A stretch of 64,000 bases of DNA from Mytilus californianus. Lineage: Eukaryota. The stretch covers positions 1 through 64,000 of the forward strand of contig NW_026262743.1 of NCBI RefSeq assembly GCF_021869535.1, written 5' to 3'. The translations under genes and the position numbers were made by a program. Within the stretch, counting starts at the first letter, position 1; every line of letters begins with the position of its first letter. The notes below the pieces were generated by a model, which saw only the letters and a list, made by a program, of their open reading frames with translations, did not search any database and was not told where the DNA came from. Shown one piece after another: positions 25,410-39,299 of the stretch.

Positions 25410-27784
25410 TGAAATTTATATTATAGGTTTATATTATCAATGTGTAGGACACATTCAAAAATCAGTGCCGATCAATTATCTATAAAAAAGTTATGTTCCT
25501 TAGATATATTGAATTTATTGAAAATTGTTAACGCTCTCATGTGTATAATTCGCGTCAGAGTTTTATGAAACTTATATTGTAGGTTTATATCAGCAGTGTT
25601 TTAACACTTAAGAAATATAAGTGGTGATCAAAGTGTTTTTATTTTTTAGTTTTTGTGCTTGTACATCGGATAGATAAAATATGTGCAACATGGGCGACAT
25701 TGGAACTCTGTTATTTTATTTGATTAAAGGATGTTTGCTTATCTTTTTACTTTTTGTCAGATATCTGGAACCCTCTGGTTTTATCTATCTTTATAACATG
25801 TAGTTCAAAAGGCCATTTTTAAAAGTTTGATAAAATTCCTTTTCTTTTTTCCTAGTTTTTGAAAGAATAATGGTGCCTATGTTTAATATAAGAAAAGTCT
25901 AGAGAGAATTATTTGCTGCCAAATTGTCAATGCCTATATCTCAAAAACAATAACACATGACCTTTCTTTTTTTTCTGCTTTTTAAATTCTGATATTTTTA
26001 TACTTTCAATTTATGAGTCTTTTCATAAGCTTCTTATTTTGAAACAGATCAGCGAACATCATTAAATATATTTATTTTTTTATCAAGTGTCAGTGATTCT
26101 TGTAGCTTATTCCATAATGTCAGAGTATGGTGAGGATTGGTAAAACATGATGTAATATTTAATCGTCAAGATCGATTACTGTGATATTTTACTTAAATTG
26201 TTAAGTCATTTTACGATAGAGTACATACATTGTAGATATATTTTGTTGCTTGTTAGAAATCATGTATGCATATCATTTCTGATATGGCCTTCTTGTGTTT
26301 TACTTGATCTGAACTTTGTGCATCCATTTTATTGAAAAAAAAATTTTAATTGACCATTATAGGTAATCTTAGGTTTGCAGTAAGTAAACATCAGTTTTAG
26401 AAGTAAATATAGCTTATCAGTCGGTTTTGTTCTTTTGCTTTCATTTAATTTTATCATTTATTATTGAAAATACATAAAAAACACCTTATTGTTTGGTGCA
26501 TGGATTTTGTTGATGAAGAGTTAAAACCCTTGTTTGATTGAAAATAGAATTATATATCTAAATTCTTTTCCAGACTACTAGTATAACTCGAGAGAGATTA
26601 ATCCAAAGCTTTTTAGGAGAAGGTGTGCAATATTTTTATATATTTAGAATTGCTAAAATGGAATTCTTTCTCACTGGTCAAAACCTAATTGATATATGAT
26701 TAAAGGCCAATCCTGAAATATCCCCATGGTACATGTGTGAATCATATTGAAGTAAATGAGGTTCAAGTAGGATAATCCTTATTTATTTAATTATGACATA
26801 TACATTTTTATCATGAAAATGTAGTTTTAAATGAAATCAGCTCCTAGATGGGTGCCCATATATGCCTGATGTTAGTTCATGTTCTTCCCTAATATAACCA
26901 GTAATTATCTTCAAAACTTCTCAAATTTCCAAAATCATCGCAATAGAACAAATTTTATACGAATTGAATTAAGTGATTTCTTATGAATTAAGGTTGCAAA
27001 CTTAATTGAAGGCTTTTTAGAGAATGAAATACAATATGAAAAATCTGAGACACAGTTTTGGAGGTCAAACTGTGTAACACGAGAATCTATCAAAAATTTT
27101 GGGATGCTAAGAATAATAAAGAAGCTAACTTCATTCAAAGGTGGACATCACAGTCTAGCATACAATTACATAATAATCAATTATGTAATAACTATGTAAT
27201 AATGATATTATCACAATTAATCTGCCTTCTTTCTTTTGGTTCCTCATTTATAAATTTTAGAGCTGGATGAAAAACATTACATCAGTTAAAGTTGTCGGAT
27301 TGGGGGGGTATTGTACTACCTTAAACTAACACTTACATACAGTCAAAGGTTAAAGATTTTCTGTTATCAATAAATTTGACAAAATTAGGACATTTCATGA
27401 AATTTGTACAGAATATTTTTTTTGACCTAAAGACATCATTCAGAGCAAGGTAATGAACATGTTTTTTACTTTGTATTTTGTAGTTAAAAAGTAAATACAG
27501 CCTAGGGTTAACGTTTGTTTCATATCAAGTACTTTGTCAAATCTGAAGCACAATTTGAAAAAATAATGATTTATGTTATTTTTTCAAAGTTTTACTGATA
27601 GTTTGACTTAGTTTTTTGCAGTAAACATTTACAGACCATTCTAGTCTAAAAAAAGAATAAAATTTTGTTGATATAGTTTTCTTTCAATTCTATAATTTAC
27701 TCGTAAATGAACTCCCTTTTTACAGTCAAACTTACACTTTTAGACTGACAGCAGCAGTCGCAGTCGAGACTCTTGGTTCCGTGC

Positions 27785-29160
27785 TTTTTAGCTCACCTTT
27801 CCAAAGGAAATGTGAGCTTTTGCCATCACTTGGCGTCCGTCGTCGTCTGTCGTCGTCGTCGTCGTCGTCGTCCGTCTGGTGTAAACTATTTGAAACATCT
27901 TCTCCTCTGAAACTACTGAACAATTCCAACCAAACTTAAGCTGAATGATCCTTAGGGTATCTCAAATAAAGTTTGTGTTTTATTTTCTGTTTCTTCAAAA
28001 ACATGGCCACCATGGCTAAAAATAGAACATAGGGGTAAAATGCAGCTTTTGGCTTATATCTCAAAAACTAAAGCATTTAGAGCAAATCTGACATGGGGTA
28101 AAAATGTTCATTAGGTCAGGTTCTATAAGATCTGAAATTTTCAGATGAATCTAACAACCCATTGTTGGGTTTGCTGCCACTAAATTGGTAATTGTAAGGA
28201 AATTTTGCAGTTTTTAGTTATTATCTTGAATATTATTATAGATAAAGATAAACTTTAAACAGCAAAAATTTTCAGAAAAGTTAGATCTGCAAATATATGA
28301 CAAAAATTGTCAATTGACCTCTTAAGGAGTTATTACCCTTTAAGGACAATTTTACACAATTTGTTTATCATGTTTTCTAACTTTAAAAATTCTTCTCCTC
28401 TGAAACTACTGAACCAAACTAAACCAAACTTAAGCTGAATGATTCTTAGGTTATCTAGAACAAAGTGTTTTATTTTCTGTTTCCTCAGAAACCATGGCCA
28501 CTATGGCTAAAAATAGAACATAGGGTAAAATGCAGGTTTTGACTTATATCTCAAAAACAAGCATTTAGAGCCATTCAGACAAGAAATTAAAGTATTTATT
28601 AGGTCAAGATCTACAAGCCCTGAAATTATCAGCCAAATCGGGTATCTGATTTTTAGGTTATTGCCCCTGAATTGATGATTTGAAGGAATTTTTGCTGTTT
28701 TCGGTTATTATCTTGAATATTATTATAGATAAAGATAAACTGTTTACAGCAACAATGTTCAGCAAAGTAAGATCTACAAATAAGTTTATATGACCAAAAT
28801 TGTCAATTGACCCCTTAAGGAGTTTTTGCCCTTTAAAGACAATTTTCACAATTTGTTCATCTAGTTTGCTTACTTTAAAAAACCTTCTCTTTTGAAACTG
28901 CTTAATCAATTTCAGCCAAACTTGGGCTGATTGAGTTTCAGAGTATCTAGTACAAATTTTGTATTTTATTTCCTTGTACGTCAAGAAACATAACCACAAT
29001 GGCTAAAATGGAACATAGGGGTAAAATGCATTTTTTTGCTTTTGAAGAAAATATGACAGATACAAAAAACATTTAAATGGCATTTTAAAGCCACTCATTA
29101 ATATATTTTAAAAAGCAAAAATAATCATTGATGAAAGATTGAAGCAAAAAAATTCAGGTG
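27785..29160 (+). mobile_element. HINE with three ~490-bp internal units, truncated at the 3' subterminal repeat
   Basis: TTTTTAGCTCACCTTTCCAAAGGAAATGTGAGCT, a long (GTC)n tract, units near 27898, 28391 and 28884. Ends abruptly at CAGGTG (29160) with no 3' hairpin. Confidence 0.85.
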
Positions 29161-29667
29161 CTGCTGTAGTTAAGTACAAGAATTTTTTTATTGATATTGC
29201 TACTGCTATTATTTTTATGATTATAATAATATCTCTTATTACACATGTATTAATAAGAAATTATATTAAATAGAGCACAAATGTCTGAAGTTCACACCTT
29301 TTCAAAGGTTTATGAACTTAAAGTGTTTTCCATGTCAGAAGTTGGATCCCTTAACGCATGGATATACCTTTTTAAAAAGAAAATAAGTAGTTTATTTTTT
29401 GTTACAATTTGAGTTTTTGGAGAAAAGATTCCCATGGGTTGATAAAAAACATTGAGAAAATAAAAAGATTTAAATACGGCCAATCTTAAGAAAAGATCCT
29501 GCGACATTATCAGTCAAACAAACTTTATTAGATCAACTCATGAAGGAAAGATCGTAGTCTTTTGTCAATTCAAACCTTTTACCTTAAGTAATCTTACCAA
29601 GCCCAGCCAAAAAACACCTGCGAAAACATCTAAAAATACTATAAACGATCAAACATTGATGGCAATA

Positions 29668-30488
29668 CAACGAGTACTCGAGTACTCGAGTATTGCTTGG
29701 TAGTAACGAGTATCGAATACCAAAATGATACTCGACTTATCGGTTTCCTGTTAGAATGGCGTTGCCTTCTTAAAGAAACAAATATCTTTATTAAGATCGC
29801 CTCCCAGGACATTAAATATATAAATCGAAATTAATCAAAATTAAAATACGTTTCGAATGTTTGCATTTAATTGTCATTTAAAATTCCTCAAAACAGAGGT
29901 AGGCTATGAAAAAGAGCACCTTTCCGAGGTTTACACTTTTAGCTAATTGTGTCTTAGTCATTCCAGCACCTCTTTATCGTCAGAGCAAATATTTTTTTCA
30001 CCAAGACTGTTAGTTACGTAACAAAGTTGAGAAATCGAATCGTCCCAGAAAAAGTTGACAAGATAATATTTCTAATTTAGAACAAATTCGTTGCATCCTG
30101 TGTCGACCCTCAGAAAATGGCTAAAGGCATCAGTAAGTTCTAATCATCAACCCTTTATTGATCATTAAATGTGTTTCTTTTCGATTCCCAAATACTGTTG
30201 TTTGATTAATAATGTTCTATAGATGTTAATTAATTAATTGATTAGATTATTGCCAGTCTACATAATTAGTTCATGTAGTAAATTAGCTATTAATTATCGT
30301 ATTAAATACCTGGGACTATTATCTAGTCATATGTCATAATGTCCATAAGACAACGACCAACAATACGTAAAATAGGTATAATTTTGTGTTTTCATTTTGC
30401 AGATGTTGTTCCGAGCGAGTACTCAAGTATCGCTCGGTAAATCCAACGAGTACTCGATTGGTAAATGTTCACCGAGTTGACATCCCTA
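29668..30488. mobile_element. hAT-like MITE remnant (TAGGGATG-type end)
   Basis: Right end GTTGACATCCCTA (reverse complement TAGGGATGTCAAC). GAGTACTC subterminal repeats cluster at both ends. Left end is degenerate. Interrupts the duplicated segment. Confidence 0.65.
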
Positions 30489-32069
30489 GTAAATTTCATT
30501 TTAAATATTTTGTGCACAAGGCCTTCGTCCTAAATTTTCTAACTTGATAACAAACGCTCATTTTTTTCACAGCGAAATATTGAATCAACTTCCTCCTCTA
30601 AAATAATTTTTAATTAACCCTGTGGAAATTTTCTATCTGTCAAATAAAATACATCAAAATATGTTAATATTTAGACAAAATTATGAAATATAACTAAAAG
30701 GACTCCATGATGTTGGGTAGACGTATATGAGTCAGTTATCAACAATCAAAAAACAACATATAGATATGGCACAATTTTGTTGTAGTTAGGTTTGTGAAAT
30801 GAATTGTTCCAAATTCATTTTTTGTCATCAGTATATCACATCCACATCCTCGAACCCCTCCCCCCCCTTCTCTAAAAAATGGTGAAGAAAAAAGACTCGG
30901 TTTTGGCATCATTTCATTCCCATCCTCTCTTTAGATGTGATAAACCCCTTACAATATTTTGAGAAATATTTTTTTTTATTCTTGAAATAATCCCCTTCTG
31001 ATGCGTTAAGTACAGAAAGAAAGGCGAAAGATACCAAAGGGCCATTCAAAACTTGAAAATAAACTGACAACGCCGTGGCAAAAAAGACGAAGACCAGAAG
31101 ACAAACAACAGTACACAAAACACAACATAGAAAACACGAACTCCACCAAAACAGGGAGTGATTACAGGTGCTCCGGAAGGAGTAAACAGATCCTGCTCCA
31201 CATGTGGCAATTGTCGTGTTGCTCATGTACAACTGTAAGTAAAGTAGAAATATTTCTCATAACCTTAAACTAGGCTTGATATTACTTAACCGTTCTGTTA
31301 TCATGAAACTATATAATATACTAATGATTAAGACAAAAAGGTAACCCCATGACCATTATAAATGACAACTTAAATTTACATCGAGGCATATCCAGTTACT
31401 TTTAGCTGTTGGATAGTTGTCTCATTGGCAATCCAGTTGTTACTCAGTCTTTAGTTTTCTATGTTGTGTTTTGTGTACTATTGTTTGTCTGTTGGTCTTT
31501 TTCTTTTTTAGCCATGGCGTTGTCCGTTTTTTTTCTACATATGTGTTTGAATGTCCCTTTTGTATCTTTCGTCTCTCTTTTTAAAAGCGGAAGAACTTGT
31601 GGTTCAACTTGGAATAGATGAGGTTTTATTATAATCAATACTTGAGTTTGAACAAAAAGAAGAATCCAATGAAAGGTGGGTTTCTACCAGTACCTTTCCT
31701 CTGAATCCCCTTCTGCATAAGTTTCAAATTTTGTTTTGATAATAGTATTATTTGTACATTATTGACAACAGCAGATCAATTTTATTGATGAAGGTAATAA
31801 CAACATCGGGGTATAATTAGTGCCCTTAGTTTTTAAAGAAAATATTTTTTAAATATTTAATGTTCAGTCATGATCAATTATGCATCTTTTTTTGTCGTCC
31901 GCATTGCGTCCGTCCACCGGTCTGTCTGGTTTTATTAGCGCTCTCACGTGTACACTTCTCGCCATATTTTTAAGAAAGTTATAACAAAGGTTTATATCAG
32001 CGCTGTATTGAACAAATTCGAAAATCAGTGCCGATTTGAGTACATGGGTTCCTTGCAACGTCTACATGT

Positions 32070-33600
32070 CAGTACATGACCTGACCCTAATTTCATCAGT
32101 GATCAAAATTGAAGTTACATCATGAGATCTGTTTCTCAGATACTATAAGCAGTACCTCAACTATGTAAAATGGTTGTAAGGGGTAAACATCAGTTTGGCA
32201 ATTTTTATTTGACTTTGACCTTATGTTCAAGGTTCAGTGGACAATCGTAAGTTTTTGTCTTTTGATCTGTTTTTCAAGTACTATAAGCAGCAGTTCAACT
32301 ATATTTTGGGCATGGAATATTTGTTAAGTGTACATGTCCGTCTGACAGGTATCATCTGACCTTGACCCCATTTTTATGGTTTATTGGTCAATGCTAGATT
32401 CTTGTATTTTGGTCTGTTCTTTAATACTTTAATCAGTAGGTCAACTGTGTTTGGTGTATGGAAAAAAGTAAAATCACAAAAATACTGAACTCCGACGAAA
32501 ACTCAAAAAGGAAAGTCCCTAATGAAATGGCAAAATCAAAAGCTCAAACTCATCAAACGAATGGATATCAACTGTCATATTCCTGACTTAGTATAGGCAT
32601 TTTCTTATGTAGAAAATGGTGGAGTGAACCTGGTTTTATAGCTAGCTAAACCTCTCACTTGTATGACAGTCGCATCAAATTTCATTATATTGACAACGAT
32701 GCGTGAACAAAACAAACAGACACAATAGGTAAAAATGTCAAAAATAGGGGTACAGCAGTCAACATTGTGTTATCATCTTAATCACTATAAAAACAAACAA
32801 AGAAGCACAAAAAGGCATACATCAAATTTAACATCCTCATTTTGCTTTTTTATTATACGATTTTATTTATCTATGTAAACTCCACCCACAAAGGATGGAA
32901 GGTTTTTAGTACTGGCGTAGAATCGCGCGTTTGACGTCACACAGGAAGATATAAAATAATTTTTTCGTTCAAAGTATGACGGGATACATAAGTACAGAGT
33001 CACGTCAAATGGATATCACAAAAAACAGACTTCAACAGTAAAATTTATATTAATAAAGACAAATAAAAGAATACTATAATACGTAATTAAGATGATAAAC
33101 AACATCAGTACGCAGAATATATACTTCAAGACCATCGTGTATTATTTGTGAAGTTGATACGGAATATTAATCAACAAAGTCTTGGTACCTTCCGATGAAC
33201 TTTTTTTAGAAAAAGGACGAGACGTTCATTGACATACCCCTTGTAAATCAACTTTCTGCTCAGACACTGGTGACATTTTACAAAGTCTGAGTAGGAGCTG
33301 CAAGCTCTTGAATACCGAATAAGTTGGAGCAGGATCTGCTTACCCTTCCGGAGCACCTGAGATCACCCCCAGTTTTTTGGTGGGGTTCGTGTTGCTTAGT
33401 CTTTAGTTTTCTATGTATGTGTCATCTGTACTATTATTTGTCTGTTTGTCTTTTTATTTTTGGCCATGGCGTTGTCAGTTTGTTTTCGATCTATGAGTTT
33501 GACTGTCCCTCTGGTATCTTTCGACCCTCTTTTGGAATTATTGTAAGGTGTATATGTCTGTCTGGCAGGTATAATCTGACCTTGACCTCAATATCATGGA
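32070..33600 (+). mobile_element. HINE-type tandem repeat (TGACCTTGACC units) interrupted by a Penelope-like insertion
   Basis: The unit TTTGGTGTATGGAA|..ATTGTAAGGTGTA is split at 32463/33533 and resumes in register. Confidence 0.65.
32464..33532 (-). mobile_element. Penelope-like retroelement composite: minus-strand RT C-terminus plus 3' region, joined to an oppositely oriented terminal segment
   Basis: Minus strand from 33324 reads QLIRYSRACSSYSDFVKCHQCLSRKLIYKGYVNERLVLFLKK/FIGRYQDFVD*YSVSTSQIIHDGL. 33325-33532 is the GGAGCAGGATCTGCTTACCCTTCCGGAGCACCTG repeat on the plus strand. Flanked by TGGAA at 32459-32463 and 33533-33537. Confidence 0.75.
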
Positions 33601-35366
33601 TCTTTAAAAATGTTAAGTTTATAAGATACTTGTAGTTAACCATTTAAGACTTTCAACATAAAATTAATGGCCAGTAAAGCAGGCGACACAATTCAGCGTG
33701 TTCACTGTTGTTTGTTTGTTTGGTTTTTTTTATTTGCTTATTATAATAGATAGAAAGATCTTTAATTAGGAAAAGTGATAAGCAAGACCAAATCTAATAA
33801 TAAGTCAACAGAGATGAAATCATCAGACGACTCCTTTTGGGAGTTATTGTTCTTTAACGACGAAATTTGCTATTTGATTGCGCTTTAGTCTCATATCTTA
33901 AAAAACCGAAAAAATAGATACAAACTTCTAATAACCAAAATGATCAACAAGACAAACTTTAAATATTAGCCAAAATGATCAAAAAACAAGATATACAAAT
34001 AAACCACCATGACTGAAATCTTCAGTCGAGTTATGATTGGACTTATTGCCCTTTAAAGATCATTTTTACGATTTTTCTAATTTTTTACCTATTATCTGTC
34101 TTACAGTGAGAATGTCTCCAACATCTTATTGATGTTTGAACAATGCTTTTAAAATGCTTTATGTTTTAAAACAATATATCATGCAAGTTCATCTCTTTGG
34201 AGAAGATATTCCTATCCCCGTTTTTTGTTGGGTTTTTTTGGGGGTTTTTTTGGCGGGGGTCGTGTTTTCAGTATTTGGTTTTCTATGTAGTGTCGTCTTG
34301 GCATTGTCGGTTTATCTCGACTCATCAGTGCGATTAGAATGTCTGCTTGGTATCTTTCGCCTCTTATTGAAAAACAATCTTAACTTGAAGTAACCCCCTT
34401 TCATTTCATCCCAGTTTTTTTTTTTTTTTTTGGCAGGGATCCTGTTTTTCAGTCTTTGTTTTTCTATGTAGTGTCGTTTCTAATTATTAAGTGTCATGGC
34501 ATTGTCAGTTTATCTCTACTTATCAGTGCGTTTAGAATATCTGCATTGTATCTTCCGCCTCTTATTAAAAAACACATTCTTGTATTTTGTTATTTCAGGT
34601 AGGGAGAAGTATGAATCTTTTGTGTGCCCATTTAATTGCAGGCGTCAACCTTTATTGTTATGGATCACAGTTTATGGCTACACTCAGTTAAGACTCGTCT
34701 AAATTCCATTTAAATGATAAATTCAACATCACTTACCGTTATTTTGATGATATGTTGTCGTTAAATAACCAAAAGTTCTCTAAATATACTGCCGACATTT
34801 ATCCAAAGGAACTTAGTTTAAATAAAGGAAGTACACAACTAATTCATGGCCCCATTGCTTTCTATGTTAAATTCCTCAATTTCAAGCAGGCACAGCTCTT
34901 TTGTCTTAAGTTAAAAAAAAGTGACAATCATTGCATGTCAAAGCAACACCTTATGGTGTATTGTACTGAAAAAATCAACATACCTTTAATGGCATATAAG
35001 AGAGAACTGGTTCCTGGAACTTCGGATGTACCAAAACAGGTACTTCAGATCTGACAAACAGGCAAAATGTACGTTCCTTTTTAAATTTCTTGCAATTATT
35101 TTATTATTTAAAATTATAAGTCAAAAAGTGTTCTACAATGATCACCAGCCATTCAGCTTTCATCTGATACAAAAATTACCCAAATATTCTACATATTTTG
35201 ACCCACGCGTAGAACTATTTTGTGTTAAATATGTAATACTTTCGGGTATGTGCTTTCTGACCGGGCCCTGATTAGTGGTTTATTTATGGCTTAGGCATCC
35301 GAAAACCTTACTTCATTTCAAACGTTCACATTCGATCAAGTTCATGATAATATACATGTACCAATA

Positions 35367-35545
35367 CACCTTATCGCTATTTGGTAATCTGCGCCGGTTG
35401 ACCAGAGAATCTGCACCGCTTGAACTATTGACGTCATACAGTCATCACTTTCCCATTGTTGCGTCAGATATTTTGTATTATGACGTCAAAATTTTACGGG
35501 AACCTTTGTGATGTCTAGTAATGGCGGACAAATAGCGATAAGATG
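35367..35545. mobile_element. Tc1/mariner-type MITE, 179 bp
   Basis: TA|CACCTTATCGCTATTTG ... CAAATAGCGATAAGATG|TA. 17-bp TIR with one mismatch and a TA duplication. Confidence 0.8.
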
Positions 35546-36184
35546 TATGGGTTTAAAATGTTTTAAATTTTGTGATTCTAAGGGTTAGAAAAGAGACATG
35601 TATAAATCCACTATTATATGATATATGCCTAATTACTGGATATGACTCATCAATCTATTTAAACAAGTGCACCTAGGTAGGTGTCACTTTTGGAACAAGA
35701 ACTGCGTACCCTTTTCTAGCATCTGAGATCATCGGCGGATTTCAGTGGGGTTGCAATTGGCTTTGCTCAATTTTTAGATTTTTGTGTAGTGATTTGTGTT
35801 AGCATTTCTATGCTTTTATTTATCCATGTTTTATCTGGTTTTGTCCTACTAATGATTTTTGAGTGCCTAAGTATCTTCTCCGTCGTTATATCATCTATAA
35901 TTCAGCATGGTCTTAGTCTAACTTGGCAACTTTGTCATAGCCTTTTGATTTGAAACATGTGTTAGCACTGTTTTTGCGTTTTTTTTTATCCATGTTATCC
36001 GGGTGCAGGATTTTCTTGCTGTGTTAAAAACCCGTTGGTGGCTTTCGGCTGTTTTATGCTCTTTGGTCGGGTTGTTGCCTTTATGACACATTCCCCATTT
36101 CCATTCTCGATTTTATCTTATCTGGTTTTGTTTTACTAATGATTTTTGAGTGCGTAGTTATCTTCTCCATCGTTATATCATCCA

Positions 36185-38470
36185 TATTTAAGCAAGAACA
36201 ACAGCATATTTCACAGCAATTTTCAAATGTTTCTTATTGACACTCCATTTAGTGTTTGCCCCACTGCCAATAACATTTTAAGCAGGACCATACATAACAT
36301 CATTGTACTCGGCATTTTCCTCTTCCATGACATCTGTTTCACAGCTGTCATCCACATTTTATTACCTCATTACAAAATGCTGATACCTCTGTGATAAATG
36401 TCAAACAGCGTATATGCCATCCGAATTCACTAGAAGTAGCACTCTGGATAAAAGGCCGAAACATTTCCCCACCTGAAGCTTTCACATGCTTTAAGAATGT
36501 TGTGTTTTCGCTTTTAAACCATTCCCGGTGTACAGCATTATGTGGATACCATGATCACGTTGATAATTACTAAGGCCATTTCGAGACAAAACACTTTTAA
36601 ATGCTTTAGTTGTGCGATATTGATAGTCAAACTGATTTCCCCACCTTCTCCTTTTACATGTGTGTAATTCTACTGTTGGGCTTGATCTACATTTTCATTT
36701 TCAATTTACGTTTGCAACACTTAAACTGCATAGTTGAATTGCATTATATAGCGCAGGGGTACTGAAAGCCATAAGTTGGATGGTAAAATGCAAAGAACCA
36801 ATGAATAAGCAGTATAATTGAATCCTTGTCCACCTAGAAGGAACATTCTCTTAATGATCTCACATCAAAAAGTCCAGTTCAATTTTTAATGTTGCAGACC
36901 AGTTACGGGGACTTTAAATTTCCCTCTCATTACTTCATTCTTTGAATCTTACATAGTTCTCACTAGGGTCTCGTTCTTCAGTAATAAAAATGTCAGGATC
37001 TTTACATAAGAATGAAAAGAACACTTACTGAAACCTCACGGAAATATTTTGTTCATGATGCATGAGAGCTTCTATATTAAGTACTATGTTTCCTTGATCG
37101 AACACTTGTTCCACCACTGTTTTCTAAGCAATAACACAAGGTTCTCAACGATACCATTTCTATATAAAGACCTTAAACAAAACTATTCATTATTCTGCTC
37201 GAAATATGTTTGGCCAGTTCTACTATACCGATTTTGCAAAAGCAAAAAACAATTGATCACAGGCGATAATTGATACATGTCTCGGAAAATTTAACACATT
37301 AGTGGATTATATTCATGGAATGTCGAATCGTTGTGACATGTTTCATCTCTTCCTGTAACATTGGTCAATGCGGACTGATATATAAAGGCGGACGACAGTT
37401 TGTATTGCCTCCACATGCATGGAATGCTGTCCAGACATATTTAATGTTTTCATTATCATCTGCTTCAAGCCATCTGGGTTGCCATTTTGTTAACTTATTT
37501 ATACCATGCAAGGATAGTATTGCACAATTTAGTAATTATACCAGGTTGGAATATATGTATTTCTGGTAAGACATTTGACAGAGAGCATGTCCATAAAACG
37601 ATTATTATTAGATGTAAGTATGAAACGCATTCATATATTTCAAATCAAACGGTTATTACATGTATTACGAATTTGCCAAGTTAGACTAAGAAAGTGCTAA
37701 CATATTGAAAAGTCATACGATGGAATGATTTTTAGCCGTAGTTGAACTCTAGTGGTTGTCAATATTGTCCACGGCTGCTATTGTAAAAGCACCAGGTTTC
37801 GCGGAAGGAACCACATATTCAATGTTGAATTTTTCATAAATCTAGTACTGTAGATAAATGGATATTTTGATCATTCATAAACGACGAACGTGAACTGTAC
37901 ATTTTGTCATTTCCCGTTCCTATCATCCAGTAAAAGGCCTATATACATTATGAGATGGTTTTAAATCAGATGAATATAATGTTAAAGAATAATAGAAAAA
38001 TAAAACAGACGTAACTTTGAAATGGATAATGTCATATTTAACTCAATGGAATAACTTGACTGCATCTGAATATTATCAATATTAGATTATCAACTAATGT
38101 TTTTAATGACTGTTGAAAAGACTTTTGCGTTCATTATGTCTTCTTGAACTTCCTGCATGTGCAGCTTTTTCAAGTATCTTTGTCATACTAACAGATTGTT
38201 GCGGGTGCTTGTTTAATTGAAAACCAAAATAACAACTAAACAGAAGAAGCAAGCACATGCCTTGTTAATGGCATGGCAAGCCTGATATTACTGCAATTGT
38301 TAGATCATTACTATGTCCTCTTCCAGTTGATCACAGAGAAAACTGTTCGACTCGAGAAGTATACATTAGAGTTAAGCCTAGCTTAGATATTCAATTAACG
38401 CCAGTATCTATAGGTGACTACTCTTTGTAGACTACTGTTCTGCAAAAATGGTACCGTACTTACGATTTTC
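36185..38470 (-). pseudogene. Heavily decayed Academ-type DNA transposase
   Basis: Ordered minus-strand motifs: YIGLLL (~37945); GAFTIAAVDNIDNH*SSTTAK (37741-37800); WTAFHA...PML...IRHSMNII (37300-37440); IIACDQLFFAFAK..NWP (37210-37272); HWFFAFYH (36781-36803); DQAQQ*NYTHVKGEGGEISLT (36630-36690). These match the recalled Academ order AVDNIDHNPSSTT / DQPLY / WFFALDH / DQAHEQNN. Confidence 0.75.
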
Positions 38471-39299
38471 TATACATTCCTCTCAAATCTGTATATGTTT
38501 GACTTTAGTAAAAGAGGTGCGAAAGATACCAGAGTGACATCCAAACTCATAAGTCGAAAATAAACTGACATAAACAAATGTGGCATACACTTGCATTGGT
38601 GTAATAGAGCACTTAGCTTTACTGAAGGTACGTCAACACATAACACTTTATAAACCTTCTATAATAGAATTTTGTCGATTTTGATATCTTGGAAAAAGCC
38701 GACATATTGTAATTTCAAGAGTAGTCCATATCTCATATCATTCGAAGCACCCTGCACTACTAACATGCCTAATTTGAACTAAGATAAGGAGAAATTTGTT
38801 GATTTTGATATTTTGTGGCGGCCATCTTGAAAAGGCCGCCATATTGAATTCCATGGTGGGTTCATAGCTAATAATTTTTGAAACAAAACATTACAAAATT
38901 ATATATAGTAATTAACTAGGACCGCTAGGCATGAAGACTTAGAAACATTAGTGTTGATGTATCAATGAGTACAGTTTCCACAAGTATCAGTTCATGTGTT
39001 TACAGGTGTGTTTTTCTTACCTTTTAAAGTTAATTCATCAATAGAGCGAATAATCTTATTTGCTAAGCAATGGTTCACGATAGAAAATAAAACTGAAATA
39101 AGGACGTGTTTTTGAATAACGACATACAAAAGTGTATAATTCAAAACTAGTAAAATCAGGTCAGTTAAATGTATTCTGATGTTTAATTCAAACATGTGTT
39201 TTTATTGAAAATAGAGATAATATAAATTGCAGATATACAAGTATACTTGGTGGTCAAATATTTGATTCAGAAACAAGAGTTCATTTTCATAAAAACTTA

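Noticed and set aside
27300-27324. GTATTGTACTACC|TTAA as the right end of a Kolobok element spanning ~25750-27320
   Set aside because: A matching left terminus was not found.
29668-30488. GAGTACTC repeats or the 43-45 kb array as CRISPR-like arrays
   Set aside because: No constant repeat with unique spacers, no cas genes, and a eukaryotic context.
33171-33635. ORFs 33171-33356 (-) and 33324-33635 (+) as genes
   Set aside because: Both are chimeric readings across the junction of Penelope-like pieces.
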